This document shows positions 26,691 through 38,297 of a DNA stretch of 64,000 bases, one piece after another. The stretch lies in assembly GCF_964204645.1 (NCBI RefSeq), contig NC_134033.1:2562131-2626130 (forward strand), written 5' to 3'. This stretch comes from Tubulanus polymorphus. Taxonomy: Eukaryota > Animalia > Nemertea. Under the pieces are notes generated by a model. The model did no database searches and was not told where the DNA came from. It saw only the letters and a list, made by a program, of their open reading frames with translations. The position numbers and the translations under genes are program-made. Position 1 is the first letter of the stretch. Every line of letters begins with the position of its first letter.

Positions 26691-28800
26691 ATGGAGTTTT
26701 TTCGATTGAGATTTACAGCTGTTACGGCGCTGTTAGTTTACATGCTATTTATCGGTGAGTTACAAAAAATTACTTCCATATCAAATTGCACTTACTGAAT
26801 GTTATAGAATATACCCTGACCCTCCCTGAGCCTGAGCCGTTTAATCTGTCTGTGGACCCAATTCCACAGTTGTGTGGGTTAATTTCGACTATGAATCCAG
26901 TTCCACAGTTGTGTGGGTTTTATCTGTCTCTGGATCCAGTTCCACAGTTGTGTAGGTTTTATCCGTCTCTAGATCCAGTTCCACAGTTGTGTGGGTTAAT
27001 TTCGACTCTGAATCCAGTTCCACAGTTGTGTGGGTTTAATCAGTCTCTGGACCCAGTTCCATAGTTGCGTGGGTTTAATCTGTCTCTGGATCCAGTTCCA
27101 CAGTTGCGTGGGTTTTATCTGTCTCTGGACCCAGTTCCACAGTTGTATGGGTTAATTTCGACTCTGAATCCAGTTCCACAGTTGTGTGGGTTTAATCTGT
27201 CTCTGGATACAATTCCGCAGTTGTGTGGGTTTAATCTGTCTCTAGAGCCAGTATCACAGTTGTGTGGGTTTCATCTGTCTCTGGACCCAGTTCCACAGTT
27301 GTGTGGGCTTCATCTATCTCTGGAGCCAGGGTCACAGTTGTATGGGTCTAATTCGACACTGCATTCACTTCCACATAGTATAAGTTCAATATCACTCTAA
27401 ATCCAGTTCCACAGTTGTGTCGGCTCTGGATCCAGTTCCACTTGTTCCAGTTGTGTGGGTTTGATTTGTCTCTGAATTCAGTTCCACAGTTGTACGGCTT
27501 CAAGTTATCCTTCGGACCCAGTTTCACATTTTAGTGGGTTTACGATAGGGGCCACAATATTAAAGCTCCACAATATTAAAGCTTCCTAGTGATAGATACA
27601 TGTCTGAGTCAGTGAATTGGTAAGAGTTGATGATTCAATGAGTATTTTTTTTTTCGTTTAGGTTTTACCGGTACTGAGGGTGTCACGTGCTATATGAGGA
27701 CATGTGGAAGCGCCGGATGTGGTCACTGGTCAGAATGCCGTGGTAAAGTGTGTTTCGTAAGTATTGGCAATCTACTACGCTATAACGCCTTAATTGTCGA
27801 ATTCATTATCTGTGGAACTGGATCCGGAGTTGAATTAAACCCACACAACTGTGGAGCTGGGTTCATATTCAAATTAAACCCACACAACTGTGAAACTGGG
27901 TTCAGAGTTGAATTAAACCCACACAACTGTGGAACTGGGTCCATATTCAAATTAAACCCACACAACTGTGAAACTGGGTTCAGAGTTAAATTAAACCCAC
28001 ACAACTGTGAAACTGGGTTCAGAGTTGAATTAAACCCACACAACTGTGGAACTGGGTCCCTATTCAAATTAAACCCACACAACTGTGAAACTGGGTTCAG
28101 AGTTAAATTAAACCCACACAACTGTGGAACTGGGTCCCTATTCAAATTAAACCCACACAACTGTGGAACTAGGTCCATATTCAAATTAAACCCAACTGAT
28201 GAACTGGGTTCATATTCGCGACCGAGTTTCAAATCGGGTACTGGCTCAAACGACCGTTGGTAGCAGATCAGGATCTGATGTCGCTGGAAGTAATCATTAC
28301 TAATCAATTTCATCTACATTTCCTATTCAAAACGGAATCAACCTTTTAAACTATACTAAACACTTTTAAGTAAAAAAATAGAATCTTGCATCTTTTTAGT
28401 AGCTCGTGTTTTGAAAATTCAGTTCAATGTGGAACATGAAGTGATTTTGGACTGACCGTACCGCCATCTGACGGTGTACGTCGGTACCTCATTGAACAAA
28501 CAACTTCTGAACTGCGGATGAAAATACAAATTCGCGACGTTAACTAAACTAATTTGACTCCGCGTGTTTTTTTTTTCACTTCAGTTTGCGCACACCACCA
28601 TCAACAACGTCGCCTACGCTTATCACGGATGTCAACCGGACGCGTGCCCGGACGTGTGGACGCTGAACGGAATTTACCGGGTCACCCCTGAATGCTGTTG
28701 GTCGGGATTCTGTAATCGGTCGACGAATCTTACACCTTTGCGATTCGACGTCACCGCTGCGGTGGCACTTTTCGTCTTAAATGTTGTATGGTTGTTCTAG
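26691..28800 (+). CDS. Ly6/uPAR (three-finger) protein, 124 aa, predicted GPI-anchored. Exons 26691-26754, 27662-27756, 28585-28800
   Basis: Spliced product MEFFRLRFTAVTALLVYMLFIGFTGTEG-VTCYMRTCGSAGCGHWSECRGKVCFFAHTTINNVAYAYHGCQPDACPDVWTLNGIYRVTPECCWSGFCN-RSTNLTPLRFDVTAAVALFVLNVVWLF. It has a signal peptide, 10 Cys ending in CCxxxxCN and a hydrophobic C-tail. Donors are GTGAGT and GTAAGT, phases 1 and 0. Confidence 0.9.
26838..27540 (+). repeat. 39-bp satellite array in Ly6 intron 1
   Basis: ~17 tandem units, forward orientation. Confidence 0.95.
27810..28215 (-). repeat. 39-bp satellite array in Ly6 intron 2 (inverted relative to the intron 1 array)
   Basis: ~10 units of aaacccacacaactgtggaactggg. 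Confidence 0.95.
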
Positions 28801-28891
28801 GATCCTGCATCCACGAGCCGGATTTCGATATTTGGTGTTCCATTAGAAAAAATGCGTTTTCGAATACTTTGAGGAATCATCTTCATGAGAA

Positions 28892-29520
28892 CAACCGTGG
28901 AACTGGGTTTAGATTCGAATTAAACCCGCATAACTGTGGAACTGGGTTTAGATTCGAATTAAACCCGCATAACTGTGGAACTGGGTTTAGATTCGAATTA
29001 AACCCGCATAACTGTGGAACTGGGTTTAGATTCGAATTAAACCCGCATAACTGTGGAACTGGGTTTAGATTCGAATTAAACCCGCATAACTGTGGAACTG
29101 GGTTTAGATTCGAATTAAACCCGCATAACTGTGGAACTGGGTTTAGATTCGAATTAAACCCGCATAACTATGGAACTGGGTTCAGAGTCAGATCAAACCC
29201 ACATAACTGCGGAACTGGATTCAGAGTCAAATCAAACCCACACATCTGTGGAACTGGGTTTAGATTCAAATTAAACCCGCATAACTATGGAACTGGGTTC
29301 AGAGTCAGATCAAACCCACACAACTGTGGAACTGGATCCAGAGTCAAATCAAACCCACACAGCTGCGGAACTGGATTCAGAGTCAAATCAAACCCACACA
29401 ACTGCGGAACTGGATTCAGAGTCAAATCAAACCCACACAACTGTGGAACTGGATCCAGACACAAATTAAAGCCAAAACAACCATCGGAACTGGGTTCAGA
29501 GTCAATTTAAACTCGCGCAA
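28892..29520 (-). repeat. 39-bp satellite array in the probable Ly6 3' UTR; the first ~7 units are essentially identical
   Basis: Tandem ggaactgggtttagattcgaattaaacccgcataactgt; AATAAA signals follow at ~29617 and ~29708. Confidence 0.95.
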
Positions 29521-30267
29521 CCGTCGGACTGCATACAGATTAAATCATACCCTCAAAATCAAACTCATGGAAGAAGGCGTTTCTTTTCACAACTTCAATG
29601 ATCCCTTTTTTATACAAATAAAGACAAAATCTGTGTTAAGTTTTGTTATCTATATTCTGTGTAAATATATTGTTTAAAAGTGTATTGATTTTTATCATTT
29701 GATAATGAATAAATATTATTTATTCGAAAAAATAAATGTACGAGAAAAATACGTCATAGTTTAGGAATCGTCCTTAGATACGAACGCTCACAATATAATG
29801 TTACACAAGTTAAAAAGCTTTTTGACATTCAGTGTCAACATGGCGTCGCAGCGCTGGTGTTCCGTGATGGAGAGTTTCTTTATCGCTTCCGTTTCCGGTA
29901 TGAAATGTCAAACGCATTGGCGGAATCGGGCTTCGTTCTACGGCCACTCGTCAAACGGTGGAGAAATTCATTAATTAACAAAATGATGTCCAAGACAAAA
30001 AATCCGTTTCATTTTCGTTGATCATGACTCGAACCCACTTGTCATTCAGCAGCCATAGTGAATGCAACGGGGTTATTATCGGTAAATCCTAGTCTTGATG
30101 GTCGATACAAAATGGCGGCTTTTTAAATCGGACTAACTGTATCTAAAGGGTCCGGAGGGTTAGAGTATTAGGTTAAGAGGGTCCAAAGGATTGGGGTTAG
30201 GGTAATATCATCGCTCCTTATCCACTAGCACTAATTTACTGAGGCGACTCGTCTGCTGAAAAACGAA

Positions 30268-30476
30268 GCCCTCTAGCGGCAGCTGCTTAAAAAAACTGGT
30301 TTCCGTATCACGGCCTCTAGTGGTGAATGTATGTATTGAACACATCGGTTTTTGTATCACGCCCTCTAGTGGTGTATGCGTGTATCAAAGACACTGGTCG
30401 GCGTATGTCGCCCTCTAGTGGTGGTATATGTACGTATTAAAGACGCCGGTTTTCGTGTCGTGCGCCATCTAGTGTT
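30268..30476 (-). promoter_or_regulatory. Five co-oriented CTCF-like motifs in a degenerate ~49-bp repeat
   Basis: gccctctagcggc, cggcctctagtggtg, cgccctctagtggtg (x2), gcgccatctagtgt. The reverse complement CACCACTAGAGGGCG fits the CTCF core CCACYAGRKGGCR. Binding is not demonstrated. Confidence 0.55.
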
Positions 30477-30543
30477 GTCTGCGAGTATTACGAAACGAGA
30501 CGGTTTTCGAAACACGAAATTCGCTATTGTGCGGAACGATTTT

Positions 30544-30786
30544 TTATCCATCTTCGTGGGATGACTCCGAAATTCTGGGCAGTATCTTGCCGCGAAACCG
30601 AACGGGAACGTTCCTCTTCATTCCCATATTGTAAACCATCGCGTAACCGAGTACGTCATCGATATCTGTCATGCGCAGACGACCCTTGCGACGTCGGGCG
30701 TTTTCGGACGACGTTTTCTGCAAAATGGCGGCGCTGCAATCGGCCGATATGATGCAGCCGATCTTCGAGCTAGTCGCGCATCCCAT
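30544..30786 (-). CDS. Candidate small (80 aa) N-myristoylated/palmitoylated protein
   Basis: The ATG at 30786 begins MGCATSSK (M-G-C-x-x-S dual-acylation consensus), followed by a basic cluster (RRRKGRLR). The ORF is more GC-rich than its flanks. No family recognised. Confidence 0.45.
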   Translation of the reverse strand: MGCATSSKIGCIISADCSAAILQKTSSENARRRKGRLRMTDIDDVLGYAMVYNMGMKRNVPVRFRGKILPRISESSHEDG

Positions 30787-33781
30787 ACGTGCGTATCTTA
30801 GAATCGACTCATACGTACACGTATCTAGACGAAATGTTGATAAGATAATGAATATCATAAGATAATCCGTGCTCGCTACTCGTATCGCGTGCGTATGATA
30901 GTGATTTCATTGATGACAATGCGCACCACGCTGTTCGTTCAGGAAATACAATCTCAGGTGCAGCGCGAACGGAACTTTGATAAGATGTAGCCATGGAAAT
31001 GCCATCATTACGTCTGATCTGAGGCTATCATTTATCTTCTATATTTGGATTCGTCGTCGCGGACCTAGAAATAGCCGCTTCTTTTCCCCTGTTATTTGTT
31101 CGTTCGTTTTTTTTTCGAACGAAGAGATCACAATCTATTCCACTCTATAAGACATATACGGCGCGGAGGTAGGCCAAGTCTAGAGCGGTAAATCCTAAGG
31201 ATGCCCTCGTACAAAGGCTCTGCAAAAATTCTTCCTTCAAGATTGTCTAGCCGAGTAACCCAACGACCTTTGTAGTGTCAGTTTATAGAACTAACTTCAA
31301 AGTTTTGTTCCAGTCGATATACTAGTCTTTAAAACTGACTCGGCTTTTTTGCGGGATAAAGTTTTCACGTCAAAGTGATCCTACCCTGAAAACGAGTCCC
31401 GTTGTCGGACTGGACTAAAAACCTCGATAGCTCTCAGAGTTGAAATTAGTTCGTTTTCGATGTTTAAACACTGCGCAGTTTGACCGAGAACTGGGGGCAG
31501 TAAATAGAATTTGCGTGGGGCATAGGAACCCTAAATAGGGCAGTAACGTAGAATCAAACACGATAGAACGATTCTTCTTGTAGACCTCAACAAAAACCTG
31601 CGTTAGGCCAATTACAAGATACTTGTAGAGCACCGCTGGATAAGAGATTGAATTTCTATTGGTTATTTCATCGGTATTTCATACCACCACTGAACGAGAA
31701 AACTAACTTTGGCTTAATATCGTTGACGATAAATGATATGATATCGATAATATAATGTCAAAGATCAATACAGTTTTGAATGAAGTGAATTTGCATGGAT
31801 TATTGAATTGACCGGCAACCAGTCTAGCCCCGATATATTGAAGTAATGACGTAGTGCACATCCTTTCAAAAATAACCATTAAAATCTATCAAATCATGGA
31901 AAAACGAGTTTTGAAATCAATTCATCGGCAAAATAGACGCCAAAATTCACAAGTAATTATTATTTCTAAACGGCAATATTGATGTTGTAGTGCACATCGA
32001 CTCGCACAGAACCCCTTACATAACGGATACTAGGATAACGCACAATGTATATAGACATCGGGGAACGATAACCACACTCAAACGTGGTGAAAGGATAATA
32101 AGAAAAAAACCCACTATCTACAGATTAAAATAATTTAAAAACAAGAATTTATTTATTCAATCTAAAATATATAGAATACACGACGTTCCGATCTCACCCT
32201 AGAGATCACCTAACATTTCATCTTTTTACATAGACATTATTGTTACGGTTTTGACGGGGTCAAAAAATCATACTGCACAAGTGGATGAATTGTAACATTA
32301 AACGTGTTTGGTTGTTTATTTTTCTAACGCTTTGTGGAAGAGTTTGCCATATGCCGCGTATTCGGGGACCTAAGACCTATTCGACACTGAAGAACGACCA
32401 AATACGAATACGTTTCTAAAAATGGCGTAGAACGTAGATAAAAATAGAAACTGAAATCAAGATTTCTAGACGAAGGCATTTGCCCCAACTCCCCGGCCCT
32501 GGAATTGCGGAGCTCGATAAACGATAAATAAGGTTCTGGCGTTAAAATGGCGCGATATCTGACTGAATGTAAAGATTATTGATGACTCTATTTAATTCGT
32601 AGCGTAGGAGTTTTTAGATGGCTAAACAATAGCTAAACAGATGGGTCGTTCTTTTGGTTTTAAGAGCTTTTAGAATTGAATGCGATGCCAAATGAGAATG
32701 GGTCGGCATTCGGGGAGAAGCGACTATCTAAATGTGTCGAAACTACCGATAAATGACACCTGCGACCGTCGACAGGTGGCGTTAATGGCCGTGTTAGCGT
32801 CATCAAACGGGGAAATCTTTCCGTCCTGCAAAACATGATAGATGGATTCTATGTATAAAGCGTATGGTTCGCGTTGTTCTGAGCTCGCGCGCTGTTGTTT
32901 AGTTTGATCTTAATATTATTGATATTATGATCAACTCTGCGATCGAAACAAGGATCTAAGCAATTTTGAAGGGAATTTTATTTAGAGTTACAATACCAGA
33001 ACGCAGGTAAGATGACCCGCGAACCAGCAGCCGAATTCAAGAAGGCATTCATTACATTTAAAAAAAGGTCTAGATACCAACTAAGGTATTGCGAGTGTTT
33101 TCTTTTTTAATCAGACCGTTGGCCACTGTTTAGTTCTATAGATGGGGTAAAACACTGTAAAGCCCTTGGAGCAATGAGTACATGGCTATCATCGCCACAA
33201 TAAGTACCGACTTAAAAATACATTCCTTGCGACTTAAGTTGTACCTATTCATATCTATAACTCTGAACCCTGGACGCAAAAAATAGACTATTTTTATCAC
33301 GCGCGGTATTGAAGACAATAGTAGTTCACGTTTCATTCAGAAAAGACCGTTGTCGGTTCGAAGTGATTTTGGCACTTAGGTATAACTTAACAGAAGACTA
33401 ATGGATTCTGAACATTTAACCGGCGTAAAGCCTCGCCTAATTTTCCGTAGTCGAAGTCTTAGGTCAACTCTATTTTTCGAGTCCCAATAGGTATTCGTGT
33501 AAGTCGTCAGCCTAATTATCGTCCCGTCTGCCAAGCAGTCGTCTGCCTACAACAACTGCGTCTGACTATGATTACTTTATATATCGATAACTTTATTTAC
33601 TGCGATTGTTTTTACATTATATATATTCATACAATAGTTTATATATTATGTACATTTTACATCGTTACAATGATGTAAATATAGAATGTAAGAACAAACC
33701 ACCAAACAAACTTTGAGGGAATAGCAGAATAGAAACTTCTCAATTATTCTCATACATTTTTCTGTCGTACGTTTTTGCAGA

Positions 33782-36700
33782 ATGTGGCTTATATCGTTTT
33801 TTATCGCGACGCAACTTTTCATTCACGCAAATTCGATTGCGGGTAAGTGCGAGCTCTCTCGGAAATGCGTAAGTACATCAGTCTTTGAAAACACCTCGAT
33901 AAATCAGTACTCATATTTCTTGAAAATAGTTCTTCGTCTAAAGAATAACCACGCACTAAAACGCGTAGAACAGACTAGGTTTGATGAAAACCCACAATGT
34001 ACAGGTTTCTAAAACCAAGACTTTATTAAATAGAAAAATCAGAAATGACATCACGATGCACGTTCGAACTCTCACTGCAGATCATCGTTACCGTCATCGT
34101 TATCGTCATCGTCACCTGAGGCCAGTTGTGTTATCACGGCCCAGACCTAAGACCGGTCGAAGACCAACTTAGTTCTATATTTTAAGACCAGTCTTGATAT
34201 TTAAGACGACGTTTTGGAGTTAAGTCACGACTGTGCAGTGCCATCTACTGGCGATGATCTCTAGTGAATTTTCGTAACGGAGGCGTCAGTAATTTTTGTT
34301 TTAATTAATTCTTGTTTTCAAAAACTTGTAATCTGTACAAAGTTAGTTTTTATTATATAAATTCTGTGATATTTTTTTTTTAATAGCGCAAACGACGAAA
34401 CACCAGTTGATATAGGGCACGCAACACGCTGTAGCTAGCACCGTATGTGTCATAGACATCTGGTTAAAACTGATTGCTGTAATGTACCGATTGTTTATGT
34501 TCTAGCTGCTGACGGCGGTCAAATATCCCCAGATCAGAAGGACGCCTCCGGTAAGAAGCCAGCCGCCAAACCACCGGTAGCGTCGGACGAAGCGGGAGAC
34601 CCTGAAGTCCAAGGGAGGTATTTCCTAGGAAGCGGCTGGCCCGCCGCTCAACCCGCCTACCAGCCGACTTACAACGCGGCACCTAGCACCGGAACCAGCG
34701 GAACGCCTTCGTATTGGCCGGTAGGTGGCAGCGCGACGCCGTCGTACTGGCCAACCAACAACCAGCAGACGGCTCCGAGTTCGACGTCATATTGGCCTAC
34801 AGCTGGTGGTAATAATAATTCACCGTGGCCTGCGGCTGGATACAGCCCTCAGAATAATTTCAATAGCAACCCGATTGGTTACAACACCAACCCGACTTAC
34901 ACCAACCCAGGGACTAACACCAACCCGACTTACACCAACCCAGGGACTAACACCAACCCGACTTATACCAACCCAGGGACTAACACAAACCCGACTTACA
35001 ACAACCCAGGGATTTACAACAACCCGACTTACTCCAACCCGGTACCTAACACCAACACCAATGGCTTCAACACTAACCCAAATAGTTTCGGCACTCACCC
35101 AAATGCCTTCAATAACATCCAAAATGGTTTCAACACGAACCCGACTGGTTTCAACAATAACCAAAATGGGTTCAATACAAACACCAATAATGGTTTCAAC
35201 GCGCCTTTCAATGCCGCCCCGAATGGTTTCAATGTTAACCAAAACACTTACAGCCCAAACGCTTATCAGCAACCAGCGCAAATGCCGATGCAGGCCGGGC
35301 CTAGGGATAATTCATACGCGCCGCAGCAACCGGCCAAATATGTATTCGACGACCGCCGCATGAGAGTCGAGCGCGTGTTGATGGGTAACGCGGCGACCGC
35401 GATCGTTCAACCTCGCTCCGAGCCGGTCGCAGACGAGACCAGTAACGAGTACTTCCTCCCGGGGCAAGGACCGATCGAAAAAAATTCGGCGGTGTCGGGT
35501 GCGGCGGCGGCGGCGGCGGCGGCGGCCGGTGCTGATGGCGCCGATGCGAAGAAGAAGGGCCCTCACATGGTGGAGTCGGTCGGAGATCGTTCGCGTCGGA
35601 CGCGAGGCAGAGCAGACGATTCCGAAACAGGTGCGTTCAACGAATAAAGCATAAATCATACGATTTCTATCAGCAAATATTCGGAGGACTCGTTGACTTA
35701 CTATCCATATCAAAATTATATAGATAAGATAATTTTGAAGAAGAACTAAGAAAGTAGTGACATTAAGACTCAATTCTATAAGACATTTTTAAAACTAAAG
35801 GAGTAGTGACGTTTAGACTCAATTCTATGAGCCATTTTCAAAACTAAGAGAGTAGTGACGTTTAGACTCAATTCTATGAGACATTTTTAAAACTAAAAGA
35901 GTAGTGACGTTTAGACTCAATTCTATGAGCCATTTTTAAAACTAAAAGAGTAGTGACGTTTAGACTCAATTCTATGAGACATTTTTAAAACTAAGAGAGT
36001 AGTGACGTTTAGACTCAATTCTATGAGCCATTTTCAAAACTAAGAGAGTAGTGACGTTTAGACTCAATTCTACGAGCCATTTTCAAAACTAAGAGAGTAG
36101 TGACGTTTAGACTCAATTCTATGAGACATTCTTAAAAACTAAGAGAGTAGTGACGTTTAGACTCAATTCTATGAGCCATTTTCAAAACTAAGAGAGTAGT
36201 GACATTTAGACTCAATTCTATGAGACATTTTTAAAAACTAAGAGATTAGTGACGTTTAGACTCAATTCTATGAGCCATTTTCAAAACTAAGAGAGTAGTG
36301 ACGTTTAGACTCAATTCTATGAGCCATTTTCAAAACTAAGAGAGTAGTGACGTTTAGACTCAATTCTATGAGCCATTTTCAAAACTAAGAGAGTAATGAC
36401 GTTTAGACTCAATTCTATGAGCCATTTCTAAAACTAAAAGAGTAGTGACGTTTAGACTCGATTCTATGAGCCATTTTCAAAAACTAAGAGAGTAGTGACG
36501 TTTAGACTCAATTCTATGAGCCATTTTAAAAAACTAAGAGAGTAGTGACGTTTAGACTCAATTCTATGAGCCATTTTCAAAAACTAAGAGAGTAGTGATG
36601 TTTAGACTCAATTCTATGAGACATTTTAAAAAACTAAGAGAGTAGTGACGTTTAGACTCAATTCTATGAGCCATTCTTAAAAACTAAGAGAGTAGTGACG

Positions 36701-37312
36701 TTTAGACTCAATTCTATGAGACATTTTTAAAAACTAAGAGAGTAGTGACGTTTAGACTCAATTCTATGAGACATTTTTAAAAACTAAGAGAGTAGTGACG
36801 TTTAAACTCAATTCTATGAGACATTTTTAAAAACTAAGAGAGTAGTGACGTTTAGACTCAATTCTGTAAGGCCAAAAAAAAGTATATTCTGTTTCTGGTC
36901 AGAGCTTTCTTCACAAAATGATGCGGTATTTTATGCTCCTACATTTGACTAAGTGTCATCCATTTATTGTTTATGCAAATAAGGGGAGTGAGGGTTTTCT
37001 GAAAATGCGTACACTATATTGTATTGAGGAGATAATTAAAAAGATTTACATTGGATGGGGATATGAAATTTCAGAAAATGATGCATATGTAATACATAGA
37101 TGGCGCTAGCGCACGGTGCTCCAATTTTTAAGAAAAACTTTTTCGGAGCCGATTCTTTCTGAAAAAAACTGCTTTGTCAGTTTTTTTTTTAATAATCGCT
37201 GTGAGTTTTTTTATTTGTAGCCCCAGAAGCGGAAGCGGAAGCGGGAACGGAAGCGGAAGCGGACGTTGAAGCTAAAGTGGAGAAAGCGACGCCCAAACGC
37301 CGTCGTCGATGA
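33782..37312 (+). CDS. Secreted low-complexity Asn/Thr/Pro/Gly-rich repeat protein, ~425 aa. Coding exons 33782-33842, 34506-35630, 37221-37312; probable non-coding exon ending at 33006
   Basis: Signal-peptide exon MWLISFFIATQLFIHANSIA with a GTAAGT donor; two phase-1 introns keep the frame; last exon APEAEAEAG…PKRRRR*; AATAAA at ~37407. Confidence 0.85.
35744..36866. repeat. 49-50-bp satellite, ~22 copies, intronic
   Basis: Unit aaaactaagagagtagtgacgtttagactcaattctatgagccattttc in head-to-tail array with no unique spacers. Confidence 0.97.
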
Positions 37313-37611
37313 AGTGAAGACTAGGAAATTCATTTCGAGAAATTTCGATATTCATTTCGCGATCAATACTACTACTACTAGCATGTATCATCATCATATT
37401 CGCACAATAAATAGATTAGTCGGGGAATTTTGTGGTACGCTGGTTTTTTTTCGATTCGAAATTCAAACTGTAACGGTTCTAACGGTTTTTCGTTACTAGA
37501 GCAGACGGTAGGGACATTTAGCGGCCATGTACTTTTTCGACGTTTCGACCATTGATGGTCAATTGCAATAACTGATTCACATGGCAGACCCTTGAAGTTT
37601 GTAAATCCCTG

Positions 37612-37722
37612 GAACCAGTTCCACAGTGTTGTGAGTTAGAGTTAACTCTGAGTTAAAATTAGTTCATTTTCAATGAGTTAAATCAAGACTCAAATTTTAA
37701 CTCACAACTGTGGAACTGGGTC
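37612..37722. mobile_element. ~110-bp MITE (same family as 10415-10522)
   Basis: TIRs g..ccagttccacag…ctgtggaactgggtc with a CTG duplication on both sides. Confidence 0.85.
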
Positions 37723-37934
37723 CTGCTGATTATCTTTTGTTGGCAGACGGCAAGTCCCCGGCACTGACGGGCAAATTTCTATAGAGGTGTTTCCTGTGAC
37801 GTCATAGTATGACAAGAAAAGGTAATCAGAGAATTGATCACCTGTGGAACTGATACGCTTCGAACCTCTAGACACATTACAGACGGACTGTGACCATATT
37901 CGTCGTGAACATTATTTGAAAATTTACCGGACGA

Positions 37935-37941
37935 GAAAGAA

Positions 37942-38024
<83 letters not shown>

Positions 38025-38047
38025 AAGAGAGACAGAGAGAGAAAGAG
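37935..38047. repeat. (GA)n microsatellite, at the position where GA tracts precede array GPCR genes
   Basis: Directly visible; shorter GA tracts occur before copies 1, 2, 4, 6 and 7. Confidence 0.95.
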
Positions 38048-38059
38048 TAGACAGGACAG

Positions 38060-38297
38060 GGTAATGATAAACTCGACGCTATATCGGTTACTAAAACAGG
38101 TGGCGAAGGAAGAAAACTTCGAGTAATATCCCGAACGCTCGTGAGATTTGTATATGGATGAGAAATCGATGAATTCTTAGAATTCAACCGTGATTAAGGT
38201 GTTCATAAACGCATTAATTTCTCTAAAGTATTGTTCCTGTATCCGCTGGGAAGCGCGTTCAACTTTCTGACAATCATTTTACTGATAAAGTGTCGCA
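38060..38297 (+). pseudogene. Degenerate 5' fragment (leader to TM1) of an array GPCR
   Basis: 38229-38297 (gtattgttcctgtatccgctgggaagcgcgttcaactttctgacaatcattttactgataaagtgtcgca) matches TM1 of the array genes. The upstream leader is homologous but disrupted, and the sequence then jumps into spacer DNA. Confidence 0.85.

Noticed and set aside
23364-29510. ORFs with 13-aa CGTGFRVKLNPHN / PVPQLCGFNL repeats (also 2193..2570 and 12455..12864)
   Set aside because: Translations of the 39-bp satellite, open on both strands only because the unit length is a multiple of 3; several lie in introns or UTR.
34464-35773. Alternative-frame and antisense ORFs over the Asn-rich gene
   Set aside because: By-products of repetitive codon usage; only the frame joined to the signal-peptide exon fits the splice phases.
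35744-36866. CRISPR-like regular array
   Set aside because: Units are head-to-tail with no unique spacers, no cas genes are present, and it lies in a eukaryotic intron; it is a satellite.
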